DNA from: Candidatus Magasanikiibacteriota bacterium | Lineage (GTDB): Bacteria; Patescibacteriota; Patescibacteriia; Magasanikbacterales; GWA2-37-8 | Assembly (NCBI GenBank): GCA_036744835.1 | Contig: DAIOHD010000001.1 | Coordinates: forward strand, 547,910-611,909 | DNA length: 64,000 nt | Direction of reading: 5' to 3' | In this document: positions 9,638 through 21,546 of the stretch, piece after piece | How the letters are laid out: each line of letters begins with the position of its first letter | Position numbering within the stretch: the first letter of the stretch is position 1 | The notes under the pieces: generated by a model | Databases searched by the model: none | What the model was told of the DNA's origin: nothing | What the model saw: the letters and a program-made list of their open reading frames with translations, nothing else | Program-made: the position numbers and the translations under genes

Positions 9638-10882
9638 TTATTTTCGCAAGTATTTTTTTCCTTTCAGCTCTTCCGGTAAATATTCTTGAACAACAGGTTC
9701 GGTGTGATCCGGATTATATTTATAATCTTTACCATACCCAATATCTTTCATAAAATCCGTTACCGCATTACGTAGATGAATTGGTACACCCAAATGCGAA
9801 GTAACTTCTGCGTCCTTCATCGCTTTTTCATAAGCCACATATAATAAATTGGATTTGGTGGATTTGGCACAATAAACTACGGCTTGAGCTAAATGCACAC
9901 CACATTCAGGCATCCCCAAACGGTGACAAGCGTCATAAGCGGCGTTAGCCTGGATAAGCGCTTCGCCATTGGCCATCCCGATGTCTTCACTAGCAAATCG
10001 GACTACTCGTCGCGCCACGTAAAGCGGATCGGCTCCACCTTGCAACATCCGGGCCATCCAATAAATCGCCGCGTCTGGATCGCTCCCACGCATAGATTTG
10101 TGAAGCGCGGAAATGAGGTTATAAAATTCCTCGCCCTGTTTATCAAAAACTACATTTACTTTTTGTGCCGCTTCCTTTACATCGCTTTTTGTTATTTCGC
10201 TATTTTTATAAAGTTTTGCCGTTAACTCCAAAATATTAAGTGCTGTACGTGCATCACCACCAGAAAAAAATACAATACTTTTAACCACCTCGTCATCTAT
10301 TTTAATTTTCATTTTTCCCAGTCCCCTTTCTTTATCATTCAGTGCTCTTTTTATCACCTGAATCAAATCTTCTTCATTAAGAGATTTCAAAACAAAAACT
10401 CTGGATCTTGAAAGTAAAGCGCGAATAATTTCAAATGATGGATTTTCCGTGGTCGCACCAATCAAAATTATTTCACCCTGTTCCACATATGGTAAAAGTG
10501 CATCTTGTTGAGCTTTGTTCCAACGATGAATTTCATCAATAAATAAAATAGTACGCAAATTTTCTTTTTCTTTTTTTTCTTTGGCCACAGCTACTGCTTG
10601 GCGCAATTCTTCCTTACCACTCATCACTGCAGAAAGCTGAATAAAATAAGATTTGGTCTTATTAGCAATAATTTTAGCCAAAGTGGTTTTACCTACCCCG
10701 GGCGGTCCCCAAAAAATAAGAGACGTCAAATCATCACTTTCTATCAAACGACGCAGTATTTTTCCAACACCCACAATATCTGTCTGACCAAAAAATCCAT
10801 CAAAATCAAGAGGGCGCATGCGCTCGGCGAGAGGAATAGAGTTTGTTGCTACAGTTTGGATTTTATTCTGTTTAAGAGACAT
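9638..10882 (-). CDS. rarA: Replication-associated recombination protein RarA/MgsA (AAA+)
   Basis: WGPPGVGKTTLA Walker A, AAA+ lid and MgsA C-terminal domain. Confidence 0.85.
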   Translation of the reverse strand: MSLKQNKIQTVATNSIPLAERMRPLDFDGFFGQTDIVGVGKILRRLIESDDLTSLIFWGPPGVGKTTLAKIIANKTKSYFIQLSAVMSGKEELRQAVAVAKEKKEKENLRTILFIDEIHRWNKAQQDALLPYVEQGEIILIGATTENPSFEIIRALLSRSRVFVLKSLNEEDLIQVIKRALNDKERGLGKMKIKIDDEVVKSIVFFSGGDARTALNILELTAKLYKNSEITKSDVKEAAQKVNVVFDKQGEEFYNLISALHKSMRGSDPDAAIYWMARMLQGGADPLYVARRVVRFASEDIGMANGEALIQANAAYDACHRLGMPECGVHLAQAVVYCAKSTKSNLLYVAYEKAMKDAEVTSHLGVPIHLRNAVTDFMKDIGYGKDYKYNPDHTEPVVQEYLPEELKGKKYLRK

Positions 10883-11007
10883 AAATTTGATTAGCTATGA
10901 GAATAATTTTCAATTTTTAATCTTACAATTTTTAATGAATTTTTAATTTATAATTTTCAATTCTATGTCATTTTATGAACTTTATAACTTTATGAACTTT
11001 ATAAACT

Positions 11008-12120
11008 CTATACTATTTTCTTCATCGCACTTCCCCACCACTGTTTAATCTTTTTTACAATCCATAAATCAGTGAACTTCTTACGATCATAGGGCATGGC
11101 TTGACTTTTAAGTACTTCAAAAATACCGTTTAGTTCTTTGACCATGTTTTTTTCTTCAAAAATTACATCTGTTTCCTTGTTGATATAAAAACTACGATGA
11201 GTAAAATTATTACTACCAATTGATCCAAATTTATTATCCACAGACATCGCTTTGCCATGATGCATCTTGGGTAAGAAAAAAAGTTTTGCACCGGTCAAAT
11301 GCGTCAATTCGTAAAAAGCTTGAGATGCCAATTGAATAAATTTATGATCCGGACGATAAGGTAAAATAATATTTATTTCTACTCCGCGTTTTTTAGCTTC
11401 AGTTAAAAGTTTCAAAAACTTTTTATCAGGAATATAATATGGCGTCATCAAGGTAATGGATTGTTTGGCAGAACGGATAAGTTTATAATAAAAATTTTTT
11501 AATTTTGATTTTTCCGCATCAAACATAGGTGCATGAAAAATAAAATTTATTTTCTTTTTCAAACTCGGAAATTCTTTATATTTGATAGGATGAAACAAAT
11601 GTTTAACTTTTTTCTTTTCTCCACCGGATTTAACATAACTTCGAGCAAATTGACGAATAAGCGGTCGAACACTTTTGCCCTCTAGCCGTAAATGTAGATC
11701 TCCCCACTCTTTTTCTTCCGCCATTACATTTACTCCGCCCAAAAAAGCAATCTCTTCATCCACTATCAAAACTTTACGATGGTTACGTTGCCAAATACGT
11801 TTGAACCATTTATAAAAATTAAATTGAAATCTAAAAACTTCGTTATGAATAATTAAATCAATTCCTGCTTGTCTTAGGCTTTCTTGTTGAGTCGTAGTAA
11901 GTGAAAAACTACCTAAATGATCAGCAATAATTTTAACATCCAATCCAGCTCGAGATTTTTCCATCAAAAGATTCATAAACCTTTCACCAACTTCATCGTT
12001 ACCGATGGCATAAATCTCCCAATAAATGGAAGTTTGCGATTCCAAAATAACTTGGTACATGGCATCCCAAGCTTCAGTAGCAGTAGTGTAAAATTTATAA
12101 GCAAAGCTTTTTTCGCTCAT
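11008..12120 (-). CDS. Phospholipase D / cardiolipin synthase-like protein (two HKD motifs)
   Basis: HRKVLIVDEEIAFLGGVN and HHGKAMSVDNKFGSIGSNN HxK-x4-D motifs. Confidence 0.7.
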   Translation of the reverse strand: MSEKSFAYKFYTTATEAWDAMYQVILESQTSIYWEIYAIGNDEVGERFMNLLMEKSRAGLDVKIIADHLGSFSLTTTQQESLRQAGIDLIIHNEVFRFQFNFYKWFKRIWQRNHRKVLIVDEEIAFLGGVNVMAEEKEWGDLHLRLEGKSVRPLIRQFARSYVKSGGEKKKVKHLFHPIKYKEFPSLKKKINFIFHAPMFDAEKSKLKNFYYKLIRSAKQSITLMTPYYIPDKKFLKLLTEAKKRGVEINIILPYRPDHKFIQLASQAFYELTHLTGAKLFFLPKMHHGKAMSVDNKFGSIGSNNFTHRSFYINKETDVIFEEKNMVKELNGIFEVLKSQAMPYDRKKFTDLWIVKKIKQWWGSAMKKIV

Positions 12121-12251
12121 AGATCGATCTATATAATTTATGTTATTTCTAAATAAATAAAATTTTTAATTTTTAATTTTACAATTTTTAATTAATTTTT
12201 AATTATCAATTTTTAATTTCGTATTCTATTTAATCTTTAAATCTTGCAATA

Positions 12252-14714
12252 TTATAGGTATTCTAAATATTTCTGCTCCAAACTGTCAATAAACCTACTT
12301 CGTGTTTGTGGTCGACTACCAAACGATGTCATATTATTATTGCTGTAGGATAAATAAATATGTTTTTTAGCGCGAGTCAATGCAACATAAAACAATCTTT
12401 TTTCTTCTTCTAAATCACTTTTATAAGCCGGGAATTTAAATTCATTCATCCCAATAATAAAGATATAGTCGAATTCCAACCCTTTGGCCTGATGAATAGT
12501 AATAATCGGAGTTTTTCCCGATTCCAATCCTAAGAAATCCAAATTCTTTGCCAAAGCAAAACGACTAACCATTTCCTGTAAAGAAATTTCTGCTTCTTTT
12601 TCTTTGTCATCATAATGGACCAAAAAATTTAAAAGCATCTGAATATTTTTTGCCTTTTCTTTTTCTTTATCATCTTCGTAATAATATTTTTTTAAACCAG
12701 AATCCTCAAAAATAAATTCAACAGCTTTGTCTGGACGAAAATCTCTAATAACTTTACGCCAATTTTCTATTTTGAGAGCTAGTGATAAAAACTTACTACC
12801 ATACTCTTTAAAAAATTTTTCTCTTTCTTTGGTATGTTTTTTTAATTGTTTAACTAAATATAAAAATAAATCTATCGTTGCAGCCACATCATCATCCGCA
12901 CTATGAGTAGCTGAGCTAAAATTTAAAAGTTTGGACAAAGTAGATAATTTATAATTTTCACTTTTGATAAATCTACGACTCAAATCTAGAGTATCATAAA
13001 ATTCTTTAATATTTTGCTTGATATCCAAGCGACGACAATTTTCTACAATCATTTTAAAATCAAAATAAACATTATGTCCGACAATGGCATCTTTACCAAT
13101 AAAAGAAATAATCTCTGTCAAAACAATTTTTGGGTCTTCGCCTTTTTCTTTCAAAAATTCATCACTTAACCCATGAATATTTTCTGATAAACCAACAGGA
13201 ACAGAATTTTTCAAATAAAAATGTCTTTTGTCTCCCGACTTACCACCAACTATTTCTTGAGCAAAAATTTGAACAATCTCATCTGTCATCGGATTGGTGC
13301 CGGTAGTTTCGGTGTCCAAAACGATAACTCTGCCTTTGTCTACAGCTTGAACTAATTTTTCAAAAGGTTCACTCCGACCAAAATTGACAAAAGAAAAAAA
13401 GTCACAAACGCGCAAGCCTGTAAATTCAATTTCCGAAATCATTTTTTTGAAAGCCGGGGCGGTCATTATTTTTTCCGGTCGCAGAGTCATTCGTGCCGCA
13501 CTCTCAGTATCAAATTTATTGAATAAAATTTTTACACAAGCCAATAAATCTTTGATTTCTTGTCGACGAAAAAAACGAAATTTATCCACAGTAATAAACG
13601 GCTCATTTTTTTCTTCAAAATTAATTACTGATTCGCGAATCAAACTATGCCCGCGCGAAAGCACGGCCACCGTAGTACTGGGTTCTTCGGCTCGTAAACG
13701 TTTCAATTCATTTATTACAAAAGATATTTCTTCTTTAAAATCAAATCCCCCAAACATGGTAATGCATTTTTCTCTCCCTCCGCTATTACTTGTTGTCAAT
13801 TCTTTGGTATAAGAATTTTCAAAACTAGAAAGAAATGATTTTACCGCACTGAGCAAATAAGGATTAAAACGATAATTTTCAGTTAAATCATACTCAATCA
13901 CCGGAGCAAAATGCGATTTAAAAATCTTGGCAATAAAAAGAGGATTACTCCCTCGCCAGGAATAAATCGTTTGATCCAAATCTCCGATAAAAGTAATATT
14001 TTTATGAACTTTGGCCAATTCTTTGACTACCAGATATTCGGATAAATGCGTATCTTGAAATTCATCTACTTGGATAAATTTATAACGCCCAACCCATTTT
14101 TTCTTAAGATTTTCTTCTAAATATAAAATTCGCAAAGTATAAACAACTAGCTCGTTGAAATCCAAAACATTCAAGTCAGTTAATTTTTTGAAATATCTAT
14201 CTTTGATTTGTTCTTCTATTTTGGTCAAAGAAATTTGCGAAGTCTTGCAACCAATGACATTTTCCATTTCTGTCAAACGACTACGAGAAATTTTATCAAA
14301 CAATTTATCATTTCGCACTTCTTTGAGTTCAGGGTATTCTTCCAAAATATTTTCAAAAATTTGCATTTGCTCTTCCTCATCAATAATCGTAAAATCAGTA
14401 TTAAGTCCGAGTTCTTTGGCTTCAGATTTTACAATATTGGCGCAAAAACCATGAAAAGTTTTTACAGTCAAAGCATTTATAATTTCCGTTTGGATAATCT
14501 TGGTTTTGATACGTGAAACCATCTCGGCCGCAGCTTTGTTGGTAAAAGTCAAACACAAAATCTCTTCAGGTTTTATCCCTTGTTTCAAGGCAGATAGTAC
14601 TCGTTGTGCCAAAACAGTGGTTTTGCCGGTACCAACCGGAGCGCAAACAAGATAAGCACCAAAAACACTATCAATGATTTTTTGTTGTTCTTGATTAAAA
14701 TTCATAAGTTTCAA
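12252..14714 (-). CDS. UvrD/PcrA-family helicase with an embedded DEDDh (DnaQ-like) 3'-5' exonuclease domain
   Basis: N-terminal APVGTGKTT Walker A. Internal VLDTETTG...HNVYFDFKM...HSADDD exonuclease motifs. C-terminal UvrD_C region (ITIHQAKGLEFD, ALTRAKK). Confidence 0.75.
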   Translation of the reverse strand: MKLMNFNQEQQKIIDSVFGAYLVCAPVGTGKTTVLAQRVLSALKQGIKPEEILCLTFTNKAAAEMVSRIKTKIIQTEIINALTVKTFHGFCANIVKSEAKELGLNTDFTIIDEEEQMQIFENILEEYPELKEVRNDKLFDKISRSRLTEMENVIGCKTSQISLTKIEEQIKDRYFKKLTDLNVLDFNELVVYTLRILYLEENLKKKWVGRYKFIQVDEFQDTHLSEYLVVKELAKVHKNITFIGDLDQTIYSWRGSNPLFIAKIFKSHFAPVIEYDLTENYRFNPYLLSAVKSFLSSFENSYTKELTTSNSGGREKCITMFGGFDFKEEISFVINELKRLRAEEPSTTVAVLSRGHSLIRESVINFEEKNEPFITVDKFRFFRRQEIKDLLACVKILFNKFDTESAARMTLRPEKIMTAPAFKKMISEIEFTGLRVCDFFSFVNFGRSEPFEKLVQAVDKGRVIVLDTETTGTNPMTDEIVQIFAQEIVGGKSGDKRHFYLKNSVPVGLSENIHGLSDEFLKEKGEDPKIVLTEIISFIGKDAIVGHNVYFDFKMIVENCRRLDIKQNIKEFYDTLDLSRRFIKSENYKLSTLSKLLNFSSATHSADDDVAATIDLFLYLVKQLKKHTKEREKFFKEYGSKFLSLALKIENWRKVIRDFRPDKAVEFIFEDSGLKKYYYEDDKEKEKAKNIQMLLNFLVHYDDKEKEAEISLQEMVSRFALAKNLDFLGLESGKTPIITIHQAKGLEFDYIFIIGMNEFKFPAYKSDLEEEKRLFYVALTRAKKHIYLSYSNNNMTSFGSRPQTRSRFIDSLEQKYLEYL

Positions 14715-14764
14715 ACTTACTTAAATATAGCTTAAAATCGGGATTTTTACAAATCTTTTTGGAG

Positions 14765-14793
14765 TTGACAAAAAAGATAAATTTTAGTATATT
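14765..14793 (+). promoter_or_regulatory. Sigma70-type promoter: TTGACA, 17-nt spacer, TATATT
   Basis: ggagTTGACAaaaaagataaattttagTATATT upstream of the AGGAGG RBS of the 14840 gene. Confidence 0.55.
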
Positions 14794-14839
14794 TACCTAC
14801 TATTGATCTTTAAAAACAATTTCCAAAAAGGAGGAAAAG

Positions 14840-15442
14840 ATGATCAAAAATTATTACCCGACGTTTGAAGAAGCGTCAGACGCGTTTGCTAAAATATTGG
14901 AAAAGAAAAAGGTAGATCAATACTCTGGAACAGCTTTTTATGTTTATCTAGGTCATTATGATGAAGATCCCAGACTGCCACCCAGCCCGGAATTCACTTA
15001 CCGGAACGTGTGGAAACAAAATGGGGGCTGGAAAACATTCTTAAAAAGAAAAGATGAAGAGATACTGTTTTATACTTTTGAAGAAGCTCAAGAGGCTATT
15101 CAAAAATTGCGTCCAGTGCCTAAAAATAGCACCGAATACTCAAAGTATCAAAAACAAAATCGACGTCTAACTTCTGTGCCAGCAACCTTTTACCCCGATT
15201 TTGAAGATCGCGGAGGTTGGGACGCCTATCTACTCTTGGCTGAAATTTATATAAACAAAAATCCTCAATATTATGAGGATATATTTGAAGCCAAGAAGGC
15301 TATTATCAAACTCGGAATAAAAAATGAAAATGCATATCGAACTGATTATAAGTTTGATCCAAAACTACCGCCCAATCTACGAGGGTATTATGGAAAATAT
15401 GCTTTACAGAAAGCTTTTGGAAGTTGCTTTAAATTTATTTGA
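14840..15442 (+). CDS. Hypothetical protein built of three tandem ~60-aa repeats (FEEA...A..KL...Y..Y....LPxxP...GW module)
   Basis: Internal repeats YYPTFEEASDAFAKIL.., LFYTFEEAQEAIQKL.. and QYYEDIFEAKKAIIKL... Strong promoter and RBS. One of only three plus-strand genes. Confidence 0.5.
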   Translation: MIKNYYPTFEEASDAFAKILEKKKVDQYSGTAFYVYLGHYDEDPRLPPSPEFTYRNVWKQNGGWKTFLKRKDEEILFYTFEEAQEAIQKLRPVPKNSTEYSKYQKQNRRLTSVPATFYPDFEDRGGWDAYLLLAEIYINKNPQYYEDIFEAKKAIIKLGIKNENAYRTDYKFDPKLPPNLRGYYGKYALQKAFGSCFKFI

Positions 15443-15449
15443 ACCTTAG

Positions 15450-16253
15450 TTATAGGGAAACCAATGGTTTCCCTTTTTTATTTACCAAATAATAAATCGC
15501 GGAAAAAATGATAAACGGTAAACTAAGCCATTGTCCGGCAGTCAAGATGTTTTCCCAAGAAGTTTGATATTCTTTGAAAAATTCCAGTAAAAATCGCGAA
15601 GAAAAATAAAGAAATAAAAATAAATTGAAAATAGAACCGGATCGCCAAGCAGTTGAATACTTTTGGTATACAAAATATAAAATAATAAAAAGTATCCAAG
15701 AAACAAGCATTTCATAAACTACTACCGGGTGACGCAAAAACTGAATTTGTTCTGCGCGAACAAAATACACCCCCCAAGGAACAAATGTGACTCGCCCCAA
15801 AATCTCGGAATTAAAAAAATTACCCAAACGAATAAAACCTGCTAGCAGAGGAATAACTACCACTAAAGTGTCAGCAATATTAAAAAAATTTTTCTTTTTA
15901 AAATAACCGTATGCAATAACCGTTAAAATAATACCTATTGTCATCCCATGACTACTAAGTCCGCCATGGTTGATAAAAAATATTTCTAACGGATTTTGTA
16001 AATAATAGGCAAAACCGTAAAAGAAAATTTCACCCATTCGTGCGCCGACAAGACCACCTATTATAAGCCAGATACATAAATCTAAAACTTGATCGGAATT
16101 CCAACCTTTTTTCTTGAATAAGTTTATCAAAACCAAAACTGACAGCGCTATTCCCGAAGCCAAAAAAACTCCGTACCAGCGGATAGAGATAAAGTCTGAT
16201 TGGAAGATTATTGGATTGAGATTATTGGTAAACATACTCGTGTAGTATAACAA
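15450..16253 (-). CDS. lgt: Prolipoprotein diacylglyceryl transferase
   Basis: Polytopic membrane protein with the Lgt signature RLGNFFNSEILG. Confidence 0.8.
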   Translation of the reverse strand: MLYYTSMFTNNLNPIIFQSDFISIRWYGVFLASGIALSVLVLINLFKKKGWNSDQVLDLCIWLIIGGLVGARMGEIFFYGFAYYLQNPLEIFFINHGGLSSHGMTIGIILTVIAYGYFKKKNFFNIADTLVVVIPLLAGFIRLGNFFNSEILGRVTFVPWGVYFVRAEQIQFLRHPVVVYEMLVSWILFIILYFVYQKYSTAWRSGSIFNLFLFLYFSSRFLLEFFKEYQTSWENILTAGQWLSLPFIIFSAIYYLVNKKGKPLVSL

Positions 16254-16470
16254 AAAGATTACAAGATTACAAAAATTACAAGATTGAAAGATTAAATAAG
16301 ATACGAAATACGAAATTATACGAAATTACGAACCGAAATTAAAAATTGATAATTAAAAATTTATTAAAAATTGTAAAATTAAAAATTAAAAATTTTAACT
16401 ATATTAAAAAGAATATTTTTATAATAAAAAACCACCCTGATTTTAACATCAGAGCGGTTTTAATTATTCT

Positions 16471-16602
16471 TTATTTTCCACAATCACATCCACAACCACA
16501 AGTTTCTTCTTCTTTTTCTTCACACTTGCCGTCTGGACCGCAGTCACAGCCTTCTTTACCACATTCACAAGGTTCTTGTGGGTTTAGTTCATCTAAGTTC
16601 AT
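16471..16602 (-). CDS. Small Cys-rich metallothionein-like peptide (43 aa, 9 Cys), not in the ORF track
   Basis: Reverse-strand ATG at 16602 gives MNLDELNPQEPCECGKEGCDCGPDGKCEEKEEETCGCGCDCGK* (CxC/CGC clusters). A perfect TTGACA-17-TATAAT promoter sits immediately upstream. Confidence 0.45.
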   Translation of the reverse strand: MNLDELNPQEPCECGKEGCDCGPDGKCEEKEEETCGCGCDCGK

Positions 16603-16643
16603 AGTTTTTGTTTACGGCTACTAAAAGTAGCTACTCGGGGTAT

Positions 16644-16672
16644 ATTATAGCACATTTTGGCAGTTTTGTCAA
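16644..16672 (-). promoter_or_regulatory. Consensus sigma70 promoter overlapping a TTGRC-N6-GTCAA palindrome (shared motif, copy a)
   Basis: Minus strand reads cTTGACAaaactgccaaaatgtgcTATAAT. The plus-strand motif is gcacattttggcagttttgtcaag. Confidence 0.6.
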
Positions 16673-16836
16673 GGTCTTAATTTAGCTAGTTATAGCCAAA
16701 TTAAGAATTATAAAAATTACAAAGATTACAAAAATTACAAAGATTATGTTTTTTGGCTAATATTAAATAAAAATAAAAAACCGCTAAAATTAGCGATTTT
16801 TCAATTTATTTTTTATTAATTCATAATCTTACCAGC

Positions 16837-17274
16837 TTACAAACTTTTAATTTTCCTATACTTCTTCCCCACTACTGCACGATTCATCTCTTTTTCAATC
16901 ATTGCTTGGATTCTGGCATATTCCACATCTTCTACGTTTTTGATTTGTTGCAAAAGTTCTTCAGCACGAGCTCTGGAAGCTTCGGCACGTTCCACATCAA
17001 TTTCTTCCGCACGTTCAGCTGAATCCGCAATCAAAAAAAGTTCGTTGTTTGGCCTCATTTCCAAAACCCCTCCGGATAATGCTAAATCGGTTTCATAACC
17101 ATCTTTGTAAATGTTTACCTCTCCAGAATCTAAAACCGATACCATGGCTTCATGCTCAGGTAAAATAGTTACTTCTCCAGATTTTGTCGGTAAGGTGACT
17201 TTCTCTACTACATCTTCGTAGATAATACCACCCGGAGTAACAATGGTTAATTTAAGTGTTTGTTCTTTGTCCAT
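16837..17274 (-). CDS. atpC: ATP synthase F1 epsilon subunit
   Basis: Position after atpD and epsilon-type sequence. Confidence 0.85.
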   Translation of the reverse strand: MDKEQTLKLTIVTPGGIIYEDVVEKVTLPTKSGEVTILPEHEAMVSVLDSGEVNIYKDGYETDLALSGGVLEMRPNNELFLIADSAERAEEIDVERAEASRARAEELLQQIKNVEDVEYARIQAMIEKEMNRAVVGKKYRKIKSL

Positions 17275-17276
17275 AT

Positions 17277-19645
<2,369 letters not shown>

Positions 19646-19646
19646 A

Positions 19647-21149
19647 TTATCTTAAAAATTGTTTTTGAAAATCTTCACAAGAGTTTTTCAACTCCTTTTC
19701 TATTTCTTCATCCCATTGTTTTTTTGCAATTTTTTCCAACAATGATTTTTTGGAATTATTCATAAAAGTCAAAAATTTTTCTTCTATCTCTCTGATATTT
19801 TTGACTTCTACTGCATCAAAATAACCGTTGTTAACCGCAAAAATTGAAACTACCTCTTCTTCCATCGGATATGGTTTATATTGTGGCTGTTTGAGAAGTT
19901 CGGTCAGTCGTTGGCCACGGTCAATCTGTTTCTTGGTTTCCGGATCCAAATCAGAGGCAAATTGAGCAAAAGCTTCCATTTCTCTAAATTGTGCCATGGC
20001 CAATTTCAATTTACCAGCAACTTTTTTCATCGGTTTGGTTTGAGCTGAAGAACCGACACGTGATACGGATAAACCGACATTGAGCGCCGGGCGAATACCA
20101 CGATAAAATAAATCTGTTTCCAAAAATATTTGACCATCAGTAATGGAAATCACGTTGGTCGGGATATAAGCAGAAACATCGCCAGCCTGAGTTTCAATAA
20201 TTGGTAGCGCTGTGATAGAACCGCCACCGTTTTCTTTATTGAGACTACAAGCGCGTTCAAGTAAGCGAGAATGTAAATAAAACACATCCCCCGGGTATGC
20301 TTCGCGACCTGGTGGACGACGAAGTAAAAGAGAGATTTCTCTGTATGCCCAAGCTTGTTTAGTCAAATCATCATAAACTATCAAAACATCTTTACCTTTA
20401 TCGGCAAAATATTCAGCCATGGCTACCCCTGCATAAGGAGCTAAATAAGACATTGGGGCCGGTTCAGAAGCACCAGCCATCACTACCACGGTATAATCCA
20501 TAGCGCCAGTTTCTTGAAGTTTGGCTACCAACCTGGCAATTTTGGATTCTTTTTGTCCAACCGCTACATAAATACAGATCATGTCTTGTCCTTTTTGATT
20601 GATAATAGCGTCAATTGCCAAAGCGGTTTTACCGGTTTGTCTATCACCGATGATAAGTTCACGTTGACCGCGGCCTATCGGAATAAGTGCGTCCACTGCT
20701 TTGACACCAGTCTGCACCGGACGAGACACCGGTTCGCGAGTCATAACCCCCGGAGCGATTCGTTCCAACGGATAAAAATCTTTAGTTTTTATATCGCCTT
20801 TACCATCCATTGGGATGCCCAAAATATTCACAACACGACCAATAAGATCTTCTCCAACCGGTACAGATAAAATACGACCAGTTCGTTTCACCAAATCACC
20901 TTCTTTGATTTGTTTGTAATCACCCAAAATAATAGAACCAACGGTTTCTTCTTCCAAGTTAAGAACCACGCCATACACACCACCGGGAAATTCAAGCATT
21001 TCTTGAGCTTGGCAATTTTCCAAACCACTCATACGCGCAATACCGTCACCAACTTCAATAACAGTTCCGACTTCTTCCACTTGCGCTTGGCGTTTGAAAG
21101 ATTCGATATTGTCTTTGAGCGCTTTGATAATTTGATTGGTATTTGACAT
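19647..21149 (-). CDS. atpA: ATP synthase F1 alpha subunit
   Basis: GDRQTGKT P-loop. Confidence 0.95.
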   Translation of the reverse strand: MSNTNQIIKALKDNIESFKRQAQVEEVGTVIEVGDGIARMSGLENCQAQEMLEFPGGVYGVVLNLEEETVGSIILGDYKQIKEGDLVKRTGRILSVPVGEDLIGRVVNILGIPMDGKGDIKTKDFYPLERIAPGVMTREPVSRPVQTGVKAVDALIPIGRGQRELIIGDRQTGKTALAIDAIINQKGQDMICIYVAVGQKESKIARLVAKLQETGAMDYTVVVMAGASEPAPMSYLAPYAGVAMAEYFADKGKDVLIVYDDLTKQAWAYREISLLLRRPPGREAYPGDVFYLHSRLLERACSLNKENGGGSITALPIIETQAGDVSAYIPTNVISITDGQIFLETDLFYRGIRPALNVGLSVSRVGSSAQTKPMKKVAGKLKLAMAQFREMEAFAQFASDLDPETKKQIDRGQRLTELLKQPQYKPYPMEEEVVSIFAVNNGYFDAVEVKNIREIEEKFLTFMNNSKKSLLEKIAKKQWDEEIEKELKNSCEDFQKQFLR

Positions 21150-21157
21150 AACAAAAT

Positions 21158-21544
21158 TTATATTAATTGTTGTTTTAATTTATTGATTTGTGTTTTTAAA
21201 CTAGCATCAAAAATCTTATTTCCAACTTCAACTACCGTACCACCTAATATTTTTTCATCAATTTTAGTTTTAACTTCACCTTTGAGCGATAAAAATTTTT
21301 TTATCTCTTCTATGGTACTATCCGAAAGTTCACGGGCACTTTTAATAGTCGCTTTTTCACTTCCTTGCATCTTGGCAGAATAAATTTCAAAATCCTTGAT
21401 AATATAAGGGATTTTGTTTAAACTCTGATTTTTATGAAGCAAAGCAACAAAATCCGAAATATGTTTTTCAAGCTCTTTACCCGACAATCCAATAGTCAGG
21501 GTGTGTAAAATTTTGGCGTATTGCAAAGGTAAAATCTTTTGCAT
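21158..21544 (-). CDS. atpH: ATP synthase delta (OSCP) subunit, short form
   Basis: Operon position between atpF and atpA. 128 aa. Confidence 0.7.
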   Translation of the reverse strand: MQKILPLQYAKILHTLTIGLSGKELEKHISDFVALLHKNQSLNKIPYIIKDFEIYSAKMQGSEKATIKSARELSDSTIEEIKKFLSLKGEVKTKIDEKILGGTVVEVGNKIFDASLKTQINKLKQQLI

Positions 21545-21546
21545 AA

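Noticed and set aside
16346-16624. Plus-strand 92-aa ORF antisense to the metallothionein-like gene
   Set aside because: It is a reading-frame artefact of the GC-rich Cys/Glu codon run on the opposite strand. The promoter and terminator are oriented for the minus-strand 43-aa gene.
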